Positions 1 through 10,112 of a stretch of DNA of 19,840 bases are shown here, one piece after another. The stretch covers positions 1 to 19,840 of the forward strand of contig QPMI01000389.1 of assembly GCA_004431415.1 (NCBI GenBank), in the 5' to 3' direction. The notes under the pieces were generated by a model. The model was not told where the DNA came from, searched no databases, and saw only the letters and a list, made by a program, of their open reading frames with translations. How positions within the stretch are numbered: position 1 is the stretch's first letter; the number at the start of each line of letters is the position of its first letter. This DNA comes from Cyanophora paradoxa CCMP329. Lineage: Eukaryota > Plantae > Glaucophyta. The position numbers and the translations under genes were made by a program.

Positions 1-107
1 TCCCCTGAGCTCTGAAGGTGCCTGCCGTTCGAATTTCTGGCAGCACGCTCGCTTGCTGGAGGCTGCGAGCAACCTAAAGCAACTTCACGACCGCGCGAGT
101 TAGCGAA

Positions 108-2467
108 ATGGCGCCCTCCCGCACTCGCCATGCCGCCGGCCGGCCGGTGGCCCCCTCACGTCCTGCCAAGCTAGACAACTGGGACGGCGTTGGCTACATC
201 TGCGTTTCTCCCAGTTAGATTTCCGATTGCTGCACGAGCTGCACTCACGCGCGCTTGCTGTGCGCAGCCAAGACCAATGTTTCTTCGCGTCTCCTGCTTG
301 CGCGGCGGTCCGGGGACGTGGACCAGCTAATTGCGACGTGCACGAGCAAGATAAACGAGTACCCGAGCAATCCGAAGGCGCTGTACATCCGCGCCTCTGC
401 GTATGTGAAGAAGGGGGACCTTGCGGCGGCGGTCGGGGACTACAACCGCCTCCTCGCCCTCGAGCCGGAGGACGTGAACGCTCTATACCACCGCGGCCAG
501 GCCTTTGAGAAGATCGGCGAGCTCGACAAGGCTCGCCCGCCCCCGCCATCGCCGCCCGGGGGCGCCCGTGACGCGCCGGCAGGCCATCGCCGACTTCACG
601 CGCGTGCTGCACCTCGAGCCCAACCACGTCAACGCCGCGTACGCCCGCGCCGCCTGCCAGAACCGCAAGGGAGACTACGAGAGCGCCATCCTCGACTACG
701 ACGCGGTCCGCCGGCCCCCGGCCCCGTCCCGCCGGCACCGACCGAAGGCGCGGGGCAGGCGCTGGCAAAGGACCAGGAGGGTGCGCACCTGCGGAAGGCC
801 CGCACGCCGCGCAGGCTGGCGCAGTCCCCGCTGGAGCCGGCGGTGTCGGCCCGGCCCGAGCCCTTCCTCGCGCGCGCCGCCTCGGCCAGCTCTGCGGGGC
901 CCTCTCCGGCGGCCTCCCCCATCCGTCCCCTGCCGACGTGGAGCTCGAACCCCGGAACTCCCACGTGCGGGCGCCCGGCAGCGTCGCGGGCGGGGAGTGA
1001 CGGGGCGGCAGGGAGGAGGTGGGGCGCGGGGCTGCGGCGCGGCGGGGCGGGGATGCGGCGCGGGCGGCGGAGCTGGTGAAGGAGGAGATTCGGCGCTCCA
1101 TCTCCCGCTCCATCCCTCAGCCCGAGCACCTCTCCTCCTTCCACCCGCCCGCCCGCCCCGCCCCGGGCCCCGCCTCGCCCCCCGAGCGCCCGGCGCCGGC
1201 CTCGGGTCGCGGGGCCTCGGGGGCGCGGGGGAGCGGGGCTAAGGGACCGGAAAAGGCGGAGGAGGCGGGGATGGGGGACGCGCACGAACTGGAGGCCGGC
1301 GCGCGCTCGGCGCGCTCGCTCGGCACCCCCTTGGCGGCGGCGGCAGCGGCAGCGGCGGCGGCGGCGGCGGCGGGGACGGGGCTGACGGCGGACGAGCACC
1401 ACGCGCGGGGGTTCGCGCTGCGGAAGCGGGGGGAGCTGGAGGAGGCGGTGGGGGAGTACAGCCGGGCGCTCGCGCTGGAGCCGGGCCACTTCAAGGCCCT
1501 CTTCAACCGCGGCTTCGCCCTCGACCGCCTCGGCCGCTTCGACGAGGCCATCCGCGTCCGCCCCGCCCCGCCCCGCCCCGCCCCCAGCCCCGGGCCGGCC
1601 TGAGGCGGGGCAGGACTACACGGCGGCGATCCGGGTGGACGGGCGGAACGCGTACGCGTACTACAACCGGGGCATCTCGCACGACCGGCGCGGGGACTAC
1701 GCGGCGGCGATCGAGGACTTCACGGCGGCGATCGAGCTGGAGCCGCAGAACGCCGACTTCTACCACAACCGCGGCTTCTCGTGCCGCAAGGCGGGGCTCT
1801 ACAAGGAGGCGATCGGGGACTACTCGCGGGCCGTGGCGCTGAACGGGCGCCACTTCAAGGCCCACTACAACCGCGCCTTCCTCTACGACAAGCTCGGCCA
1901 GTACTCCTCCGCCGTCGCCGACTACACCGCCGCCCTCCAGGCCCGCCCCGCCCCCGCCCCGCCCCGGCCCCGCGGCTGACGGGGCGCAGATCGACGGGAG
2001 CAACGTCAACGCGTACCACAACCGGGGCAGCGCGTACGACAAGCTGGGGCTGCTGGAGGAGGCGGTCGCGGACTTCACGCGGGTGCTGGAGCGGGACGGG
2101 CGCAACGCGTCGAGCTACAACTCGCGGGGCCTGGTGCTGGACAAGCTGGGGCGCCGGGAGCAGGCCCTCCGCGACTTCTCCACCGCCGTCCAGCTCGAGC
2201 CCCACAACGACATCTTCTACTACAACCGCGGCTTCTGCTACCGCAACATGCCCGCCCGCCCCCGCCCCCCGCGCCCCGCCCCGCCTGAGGCCGCCCCGGC
2301 AGGGAGGAGTACGAGCGGGCGATCGAGGACTACACGCGGGCGATCGAGCTGAACCCGAACAACGCGGCGGCGTACAACAACCGCGGATTCGTGCGCCGCA
2401 AGGCCGCCCTCTACGACCTCGCCATCCAGGGCCCGCCCCGCTCCCCTCCCGCCCCCTCCGCCCCCCG

Positions 2468-2498
<31 letters not shown>

Positions 2499-3256
2499 AG
2501 CCGCCCCCGCAGATTACTCCAGAGCGCTCGAGCTGAACGGCAACAACGTGAAGACGTACAACAACCGGGGCTACAGCTACGCCAAGAAGGGGTCCGCAGC
2601 GCGGGGCGGCCGGCGGAGCGCGGGGCGGCTGGCGTGACGGGGCGCAGGGACTACGAGCGGGCGATCGAGGACTACAACCGGGTGCTGGCGCTGGACCCGC
2701 AGAACGTGCACGCCTACCACAACCGCGGCATCTCCTACGAGAAGAAGGGGTCCGCCCGCCCCGCCCCCCCGCCGCGCCGCGGGGCGCTGAGGCGCCGGGC
2801 AGGGAGTACGCGGCGGCGATTGCGGACTTCTCGACGGTGATCCGGCTGGACCCGCAGAACGCGAACGCCTACTTCAACCGCGGCTCCGCCTACGACTCCG
2901 TCGGGGACTTCGACCGCGCCATCGCCGACTACTCCCGCGCCCTCGACCTCGACATCGCCTCCCGCCAGCGCCACGCCTCCGCCGACGCCCCCGGCCCCCG
3001 CCCCGCCCCGCCCCGCCCGCGGCCCCTCCCCCGCCCCGCGCGGCCCCTCCCCGCCCCGGCCCCGCCCGGCGCCCCCTCCGCTCTGCGACCAGTCTCCGCC
3101 GGCCAGGCGGCGCCAGCTCGCGGGGCTACGCCGCAGTCGGCTGCCCCCGCCCCCGCCACCTTCGCTCCGCAGCAGTACGGCAGCGAGCCCCCGCAGCGGC
3201 CGCCCTCCCGCTCTCGCTCCCCTATGCCCGCAGCGCCCTCCTCCCTCCGCCGATAG
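108..3256 (+). CDS. Multi-exon tetratricopeptide-repeat (TPR) protein
   Basis: Splicing introns 202-267, 531-582, 706-758, 965-1011, 1556-1613, 1941-1989, 2250-2302, 2431-2512, 2592-2647 and 2750-2802 gives one frame from ATG 108 to TAG 3254-3256. It contains many TPR units (e.g. NAYAYYNRGISHDRRGDYAAAIEDFTAAIELEP, NANAYFNRGSAYDSVGDFDRAIADYSRALDLD), an Ala-rich linker and a Pro-rich tail. The first exon and any intron in the tail are less certain. Confidence 0.9.
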
Positions 3257-3477
3257 CAGACCCTCTCCTTGCTCCCCATCCATCCCCCGCTGATTCTGTG
3301 TCCGCGTCCTGAGTTGCTTGCATTTTCCCATGGCCAAGGCACACCCGCGTTTGAGCGCGTACACGCGTACGCAGAGCGCCGCTTATGCGCGTGCATGTTA
3401 CAGATCTATAGCTAGACCCTCGGGCGCAAGCCGCCTCGAGCTCGCGCGCAAAAAAGCGGACGCCAGGCGCCATGGCC

Positions 3478-3482
3478 AAAAA
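3478..3482 (-). terminator. Pol III oligo(T) terminator after tRNA-like copy 1
   Basis: T5 on the minus strand, 8 nt after the discriminator base; a T5 sits at nearly the same spacing in copy 2. Confidence 0.6.
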
Positions 3483-3490
3483 GCATGTGA

Positions 3491-3565
3491 TAGCCCCGCG
3501 AGGACTCGAACCTCGCACCTCCGGCGGGTCGTGGAACCGGCGCTCTACCCATGAGCTACAGGGCT
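3491..3565 (-). tRNA. tRNA-like RNA with enlarged, non-canonical anticodon loop (isotype undetermined)
   Basis: AGCCCTG-TA-GCTC ATGGGTA GAGC-G-CCGGT TCCACGACCC GCCGG-AGGTG-CGAGG TTCGAGT CCTCG-CGGGGCT-A. Acceptor, D and T arms and the A and B boxes are intact; the anticodon loop is 10 nt. Confidence 0.75.
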
Positions 3566-3857
3566 TTCTGTCGGCGGAAGGCGTTCAGACGAATTCGAAG
3601 CTGGATCAGAGCGCAATTTGATCCGGCAAGTGACCGGGTTTGCCCCCCACCCCCCCGGGGACGAACGCCGCCGGGGTGCGCGATTCAAAACTCGCCCAAA
3701 CTACACCGGACCACCAGGGCTTGGAATTGCTGCTTGCTCGTCGCTTAGAGAGCATCTGCATACGACTTGCGGCGTCCGTGCTCAAGGGCGTCAAGGGCGG
3801 CAATTGTCCTGAGCGATTTGCCGCGGGAGTCCGTCTGCGCGAAAAGAGGCTGGAAAG

Positions 3858-6800
3858 ATGAATGTCCCGCGTGACGAGACGTTCTTGTGCGAGCGCCCTG
3901 TGCGCTAGGCGAGCGTTCGCTCTCACACTCACAAAACCCCCACGGGCAGTTTCCGCACAGTGTGTCGTGTGCTTGAGGGGATCGACAAGTCATCCAAGAG
4001 CGCAAATAAGAAGAAAGAGATGACGAGTCTCTTCGACAGCTATGGGGACCGCAAGAACATCTATCCGCTCATTCGCCTCATCCTTCCGCAGGCGCGGAGT
4101 CGCCTCTGCGCTCCGCGCGCTTCTCCTTGTGAATGCCAGCGCGCAGTTCGACTCGCAGCGCGGGGCGATGAACGTGAAGGAGGCGAAGCTGAAGGCCATG
4201 GTCATCCGCGTGTACGGCTTCAAGAAGTCGGACCGGCAGTACAAGATGATCGACGACCACAAGGCCGTCACCGTCGGCACGAAGCGGCGATACGTGCGCG
4301 CCGCTGCCCCGCCGCGCCGCGCCGAGGGCGGCGTGGGAGCGCGAGGCGAGCGCGGGGGCCGGGGCGCAGAAGAAGAACGTGGGGGATCTCGTGGAGGCGA
4401 TCTACGAGGCGATCAAGGACCGGGCGCCGAGCCAGTCCTCCGTGAGCGTCCGCGACGTCAACCAGTTCCTCGACGACCTCGCCACCAAGACCGACCAGCG
4501 CGCCCGGCCCCCGCCCCCGCCCCGCCCCGCGCCGCCCTGAGGCCCCGCGCCGGCAGGGACGAGCGCTTCCCCCTGATGAAGGCCTTCTGCATGCGGGCGA
4601 CGGCCGTCGAGCAGAAATGGCTCTTCAAGATCATCCTCAAGGGTGCCCCGCCCGCCCCCGTCCCCGCCCGCCGCGCGGGGCCCGGGGGCGAGGCCGGGGC
4701 GGGGGCGCACAGACCTGAAGATGGGGATGGGGGAGGACGCGGTGCTGCGGGCGTACCACGAGGATGCGCCGAAGCGGTTCAAGCTGCGGAGCGACCTGAA
4801 GCTGCTGTGCGAGGAGCTCTGGGACCGCAACGAGCGCTTCACGGGCCAGGACATAGAGCCGATGGTCCCCGTCGCCCCCATGCTCTCCGGCCGCACCATC
4901 GACTTCAAGGCCGTGCGCCCCGCCCCGCCGGGGCCGGCCCCGCGCGCGCCGAGCGAGGGGCGGGGGCGGGGGCAGGTGAAGGCGTGGCTGGGGCGGCGGG
5001 AGGGCGGGGTGGTGGTGGAGAGCAAGTACGACGGGGACCGCATCATGATCCACAAGCAGGACGACCGCGTCGAGCTCTACTCCCGGCCCGCCCTCGCCCC
5101 GCCCCGCGCCCCGGGGCGGCGCGGGGCGTGCAGCTGACGGGGCGCATGCGCAGGAACTGCCACGAGGCGAACTTCGAGACGGAGGGCTTCAAGCGGCGGC
5201 TGGCGGAGGCGGGCCTCGTCAAGGCCCGCTCCTGCGTCATCGACGGCGAGATGATGGTCTGGGACAACGTCAACGGCGTCTGGGTGCCCGCCCCCCGCGC
5301 CCCCGCCCCGCCCCGAGCACGCCCGCTCACGCGCCGTGCCGCAGGCCCCCTTCGCCTCCATCCGCGGCAAGGGCGCGCCCGCCTCTCCCGCCCCCCGCCT
5401 CCCCCCGGCGCCTGACGCACGCGGCAGAGAACTTCGACGGCCGGGGCACCCACGAGATGGTCTGTATCCTTTGCGCCGCCGCCGCTGTCGCGCGCCGCCT
5501 GCGCCGCGCCTCTCGGCTGCGGCCTCGACGGGGCGGCGGGCAGACATCGCGTTCGACCTGCTCTACGTGGACGGGGAGTCGCTGCTGGGGCGGCCCCTCC
5601 GCGAGCGCCGCGAGCGCCTCTGGCAGGTCCTCGAGGCCCGCCCCCGCCTCGTCGAGGCGCCGGACGTCGCCTGGGGCGGCCCGGGGCGCCCCAGCGTGGA
5701 CGACGTCGTCGACGCCTTCGACCGCACCGTGCGCGACGGCTTCGAGGGCCTCATCCTCAAGGACGCGGAGAGCGCGTACGAGCCGGCGGACCGGCGCGCC
5801 TGGGCCAAGATCAAGCCCGACTACATGGACGAGACGGCGACAGACCTCGACCTCGTCGTGCTGGGGGCCTACCTGGGGACGGGCGCCCGCTACCGCGGGG
5901 GCGACATCGCCGGCTTCCTCCTGGGGGTGTGCCGCCCCGCGAGCAACCCGCAGGAGCGACCCCGCCAGTTCCTTTCCTTCGCCAAGGTCGGCAGCGGCTT
6001 CAACGCCGCCGAGCTCACCGAGCTCCGCAACCTCCTCAAGCCCCACCTCAAGCCCGCCCCGCCCCCCCCGGCCCCTGCTCCGCCGGCGCCCCCTCGAGCC
6101 CCGCGCAGGCAGTACGACCACCGGAGCCCGCCGCCGGAGTGGTGGGCGGGGCGGGACTGGGCGCCCCGTGCGGACGACCGGCCGCGCTACTGGGTGGACC
6201 CGCGCGAGGCGAATGTGGTGATCGAGGTGCGCGCCTACGAGGTCATCGCCTGCCCGAGCGACCTCTACCGCGCCGAGGCGTACGCCCCCGCGCTCCGCCC
6301 CCCGCGCTCCTTCGCCGGCCCCGCGCCCACGGCGGGCAGCACGCTGCGCTTCCCCCGCTTCCAGCGGGTGCGGCGGGACAAGAGCTGGTGGGAGGCCATG
6401 GACCTCCGCAGTGCGCCCGCCCCGCCGCGCCGCGCCCCGCCGCGCCGCGCCTCGCGCGGGGCCGAGGGGGCGGGGCGGGGCAGTGCTGAAGCGGACGATG
6501 GAGGAGCGGCGGGCGGGGTCTTCCCCGGGACGGCGCGGGAGGCGCTGGATCGGGAGGAGGGCGGCGAGAGCGGAGGCGACGAGGCCGCCGCCGAGGAGGC
6601 CGCCGGCGACGCCGGCACGCAGGGGACCCAGGGCACGCAGGGCGGGGGCGGCGGCGCTGGGCGGGCCGCGGCGGCGAGGCCTCCCGCAAGAAGCGCAAGA
6701 AGGAGGCGGCGCCCCGCGGCCCCACCTCCGTGGTGCGCCCCGCCCGCCTCGCCCCGCCCCGCTCCGCGCCGCGCGGGACGAGCGGGGGCGCAGTCGGAGG

Positions 6801-8066
6801 CGCTGCTGCCGCACCTGCGCCCGACGGACGTCAGCGGCGTCGCGCGCTGCTCCTCCGCCCTCGAGGGCGCCTCCTTCGGTGCGCGCGCCTCGGGCGGCGC
6901 GGGGCGGGAGGGGGGCTCACGCGGCGCAGTGGTGTACGGGCAGCCGCCGGGGGCGAAGGCGGAGGCGGAGCGGCGAGTGGCGGCCCTGGGGGGCAAGCTG
7001 CTCTCGTCGGCGCACGGGCAGCACCCGCCCGACGCCGTCCTCCTCGCCGGCGGTGACGGTGTCCTCAAGGGTCCGCCCTTACGCGTGCCGCGCGCCGCCC
7101 CCCGGGGGGCGAGCGGGGCGCAGTGCCGTCGGTGGTGGGGCTGCTGGAGAGCCTGCGCCGCGGGGCGGCGAACACGCCCGACGTCGACGTGCTCCGGGCC
7201 TCGTGGCTCGAGGAGTGCGCCGCGGAGGGGCGCCGGGTGCCCCCGACGCACGCGCACATCGTGCGGGCCTCGGCGGCCACCGCGGCGCGGCTGCGGGAGG
7301 CCTTCGACCCCTTCGGGGACTCCTACACCGAGCCCACGGGCCCCGACGCCCTCCGCCCCGTGCCCGCCCCGCGCCCGCCCCCTCCTCTGCCGGGCCGCCC
7401 CGAGCGGCGCTGCAGATCCTCGCGCGGGTGCCGGACGACGAGCGGACGGTGCCGGTGGAGGAGCGGGAGGGGCTGGAGGCGCTCGAGGGGGAGTGGCGCA
7501 TGCGGCGGCTGCTCTTCGGGGCGGACTCTCCGCTCGACCAGGAGGCGCGAGATGCGCTTCTCTTCGCCGCCGGCAACTGCTTCCGCCTCCACGTCTTCTA
7601 CTTCCCCCAGTCCGCCCCCGCCCCGCCCCGCCCCGCCCCGCAATGGGCAAACGGGGCGGGGGGGCAGGGAGGGCGTGCGGGGCTCGCAGGTGCGGCTGAC
7701 GAAGGAGGTGGCGCTGGCGCGGGGCGCGCGCGTCGCCCCGCGCCTCTGCCCCGCCGTCACCCACATCGTCGTCGCCCCCGTGCGCCGGCCCCGCCCCGCC
7801 GGCCCCGCTCCCCCGCGAGAGAGCGTGCGCAGGAGGAGGCCGGGGCGGAGGAGGTGCTGGCGGGGCTGGTCGAGGAGCGGCGGGCGCTGCTGCGGGAGGA
7901 CCGCGGCGGGGTCCGCGTGCGCCCCGTGCTGCGCCCCGCGTACGTGCACGAGAGCGCTGAGGCGGCGGACGCGGAGCTCGACGAGGCGGCCCGCCCCGAC
8001 GCCCGCCTCCACACCTACAAGCTCGACCTCCCGGAGCCCGCCCCCGCGCACCCCGCCCCCGCCTAG
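3858..8066 (+). CDS. LIG4: DNA ligase IV (NHEJ ATP-dependent ligase with two C-terminal BRCT domains), about 20 exons
   Basis: Spliced N-terminus MNVPFRTVCRVLEGIDK..RLILPQFDSQRGAMNVKE; motif I ESKYDGDR; III IDGEMMVWD; IIIa YIAFDLLYVDG; IV EGLILKD; V WAKIKPDY; OB-fold DLDLVVLGAYLG..KVGSG..TLRFPRFQRVRRDK; BRCT DVLRASWLEEC; inter-BRCT FDPFGDSY; second BRCT VTHIVV; stop TAG 8064-8066. Two apparent 1-nt indels in the linker near 6515 and 6660. Confidence 0.95.
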
Positions 8067-8894
8067 CCCCCGACTCGAGCTCCCTCTCCGCGCCGAGTCT
8101 CCTCATGTACATGTCGCGGTCACCGGGTGACGCGCGAGTTGTACAGTTCAAGCTTGTACAGTACTCGAGGCCTATAGCTTAAATGTATAGTAGTATAGCA
8201 GCCTGCGCGGCCGCGGGCGGTCGCTGATCATGATCATCACTGATCCGGTCCGGAGTGCCCCCCACAGGCTCCCACCTGGCAAGTTACATGAGTTCCGACT
8301 CGGCGAAAAAGTTCCAAACTTCGGAATTCGAAAATGCCATATGGTGCCGCCCCGCCGGGCCCGGCCCCGGCGCCAAATTCCATGCCAGTAATCATTGAAT
8401 CATACTATGATATGCATGAGGCTCCGAGAGGCTCGAGCTCGCCGAGTCGAGCCTCGGAGGTTCCGGATTCACGGAGTTTCGACCATGGCCAACTTCAAGC
8501 TTAAGTGACTTGGCAGTTGCAATTGCAATTGCAAGCACAAATCATGCACTGCGGCAAAACTTTTGAATCGATTGGCCACGGTCTGGTCCGACTGGTCCGG
8601 CACTGCGGCAATCGCAACTCTCCGAGTGGCCAGGTGACCGGGGTCGCGGCTTATAGCTATAGCCTCGTAGCTCAGTGGCTATAAGCCTTGAAGGTCACAG
8701 TCCTCCTCAAGCCTTTCCCGGCCCGTGGCACCTAAAACTCAGCGCCCTCACCCTCTGCGTTGAGGGATCGGAACGGCAAGGAATGATGATGAGCCGCTGA
8801 GAGGCGCATCCGCATTCCCTTCCCCAACAAGCTGTCAGCTTGGGAGGGGAATCCAGATTGGGGGCCCACGCCTCGGTCTAGCTGAAGATCACGA

Positions 8895-9946
8895 TCAGAG
8901 GCGGGCGTGGCGGTCCGCGACGGCCCACGTCTCCACGAAGGCGTACCCCCCGGCGGCCCCGTCATCCTCCCCGCCGAATGCATCCTCCAGCGCCCCGTCG
9001 TCATCCTGCAGCGGCCCGATATCAGAAGGGCGGTTGGGGGCGGGTGGAAGGGCAGAGGATGATTTTTTTTGGTGTGTGTGTGTGTGTGTGTGGGGGGGGG
9101 GGGGGAAAGGGGGAAGGGCGGGGCGGGGGACGGGCGGGGGGGATGGGCGCGGAGGCGACCTCGAGGGGAAGTCGGAGCTCGCTAACGCCGTGAAGTTCGG
9201 GCCCCGGAAGAGGCGAGGGGGCAGGCTGACGAGGGCGCTCACTGCGCGATGCACGCAAACGTCAGAGCTCGGCCGCTGGCGTAACAGTGGACGAGGCTGT
9301 CAAAAATCTGCTCGAATACCATGTAACACACATCTGCTCGAATACCATGTAACAGCTCATCCGCGCCACCTTTAGCTTAGGACAGGAGCTGCAGATCTGA
9401 CCCGTGTCGCAGCGGAGGCGCCGCCGGCCCGGCGGTCCGGGCGCCGGCCTAGGCCTGAGGATTCGGAAGGGCGGCCGAGGCGGAGGAGCGGCGGGAGCTG
9501 AGCGAGGAGGCCGCGGAGGAGGAGACGGTGCGGGCGGTGCCCGTGGCGGTGGCGCTCGAGGCCGACGAGGCGGTCGAGCGCGCCGTGCTCGGCTCGCTCA
9601 CCGACGCCGCCCGCGGCCGCACCGCCCGCTCCCGCTGCTCCCGCTGCTCCTCCTTGATCTGGAAGACCATCGCCTGCACCCCGCGGCCACCCGTCGGCCC
9701 GGCGGCGGCGGCGGCGGAGGGGCCGGGGGCGGGAGGCGCGCACGCGGTGGTGCACGCAGGGCGTGCCCACACGTTAGTGTGCTTGAAAGTTAGAGTTTTC
9801 AAGCGCACCGATCTGGATTGCTGCCCGCGGAACAAGCAGTGAGCGTCGGGCGGCGGCCCGGATCAGTGCGCGGTGCGACGAAGCGAAGCCGCACCTGGAC
9901 CCTGGGCGCTCGCAGGTCGCGGTGCTGCCGTCTTTGTCGTATCCAT
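8895..9946 (-). CDS. Hypothetical spliced gene or pseudogene, structure unresolved
   Basis: Exon-like blocks bounded by the local intron style: ATG 9946 (MDTTKTAAP), AMVFQIKEEQREQRER..Ser-rich, and a last-exon-like DDDGALEDAFGGEDDGAAGGYAFVETW after a CTGAT..CTGCAG acceptor near 9006. No single clean frame and no recognisable family; it may extend to 8732. Confidence 0.3.
9072..9105. repeat. (GT)10 microsatellite followed by a G run
   Basis: Directly visible; probably intronic in the minus-strand hypothetical gene. Confidence 0.9.
9306..9354. repeat. Tandem duplication of ATCTGCTCGAATACCATGTAACA (23 nt, period 26)
   Basis: Exact copies at 9306-9328 and 9332-9354 separated by CAC. Confidence 0.95.
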
Positions 9947-10112
9947 CAGTAGCAGCGGCGAGCCCCCGGACGCCCCCGGATGGCGATCTTAATCGCGCAC
10001 CCCGGCGGGTCTCCGGGGAGGGGGGGGGGGGGGGGCAAACAGGATCACTTGTCCGATCAAATCGATATCGCGCTCTAGTCGATGTTCGTCTGAACGCCTT
10101 CCGCCGACAGAA

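Larger units (their letters stand above)
3327..3685 (-). repeat. Dispersed tRNA-like-containing element, copy 1
   Basis: Its reverse complement aligns block by block with 9991-10387: AATCGCGCACCCCGGCGG, GGGGGCAAAC, TCACTTG, GATCAAAT, GCGCTCT, a 33-nt identical run TTCGTCTGAACGCCTTCCGCCGACAGAAAGCCC, the tRNA-like body, and downstream GGTCTAG..AGATCTGT..CACGCGCAT..GCGGCGCTCT..ACGCGCTC.AACGCGGG..TGTGCC. Outer boundaries are approximate. Confidence 0.85.

Noticed and set aside
8661-8700. A-box-like TAGCTCAGTGG suggesting another tRNA
   Set aside because: No B box (GTTCRA) or cloverleaf follows; it lies within an inverted repeat.
8730-8905. Box C/D snoRNA, U4 or telomerase RNA candidate (ATGATGA, CTGA, several hairpins, CCTAAAAC)
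   Set aside because: No terminal stem, recognisable guide, U6-pairing region or 1.5-repeat template; the minus strand reads as plausible coding or UTR sequence.
9306-9354. CRISPR-like repeat
   Set aside because: Only two units with a 3-nt gap, a eukaryotic context and no cas genes.
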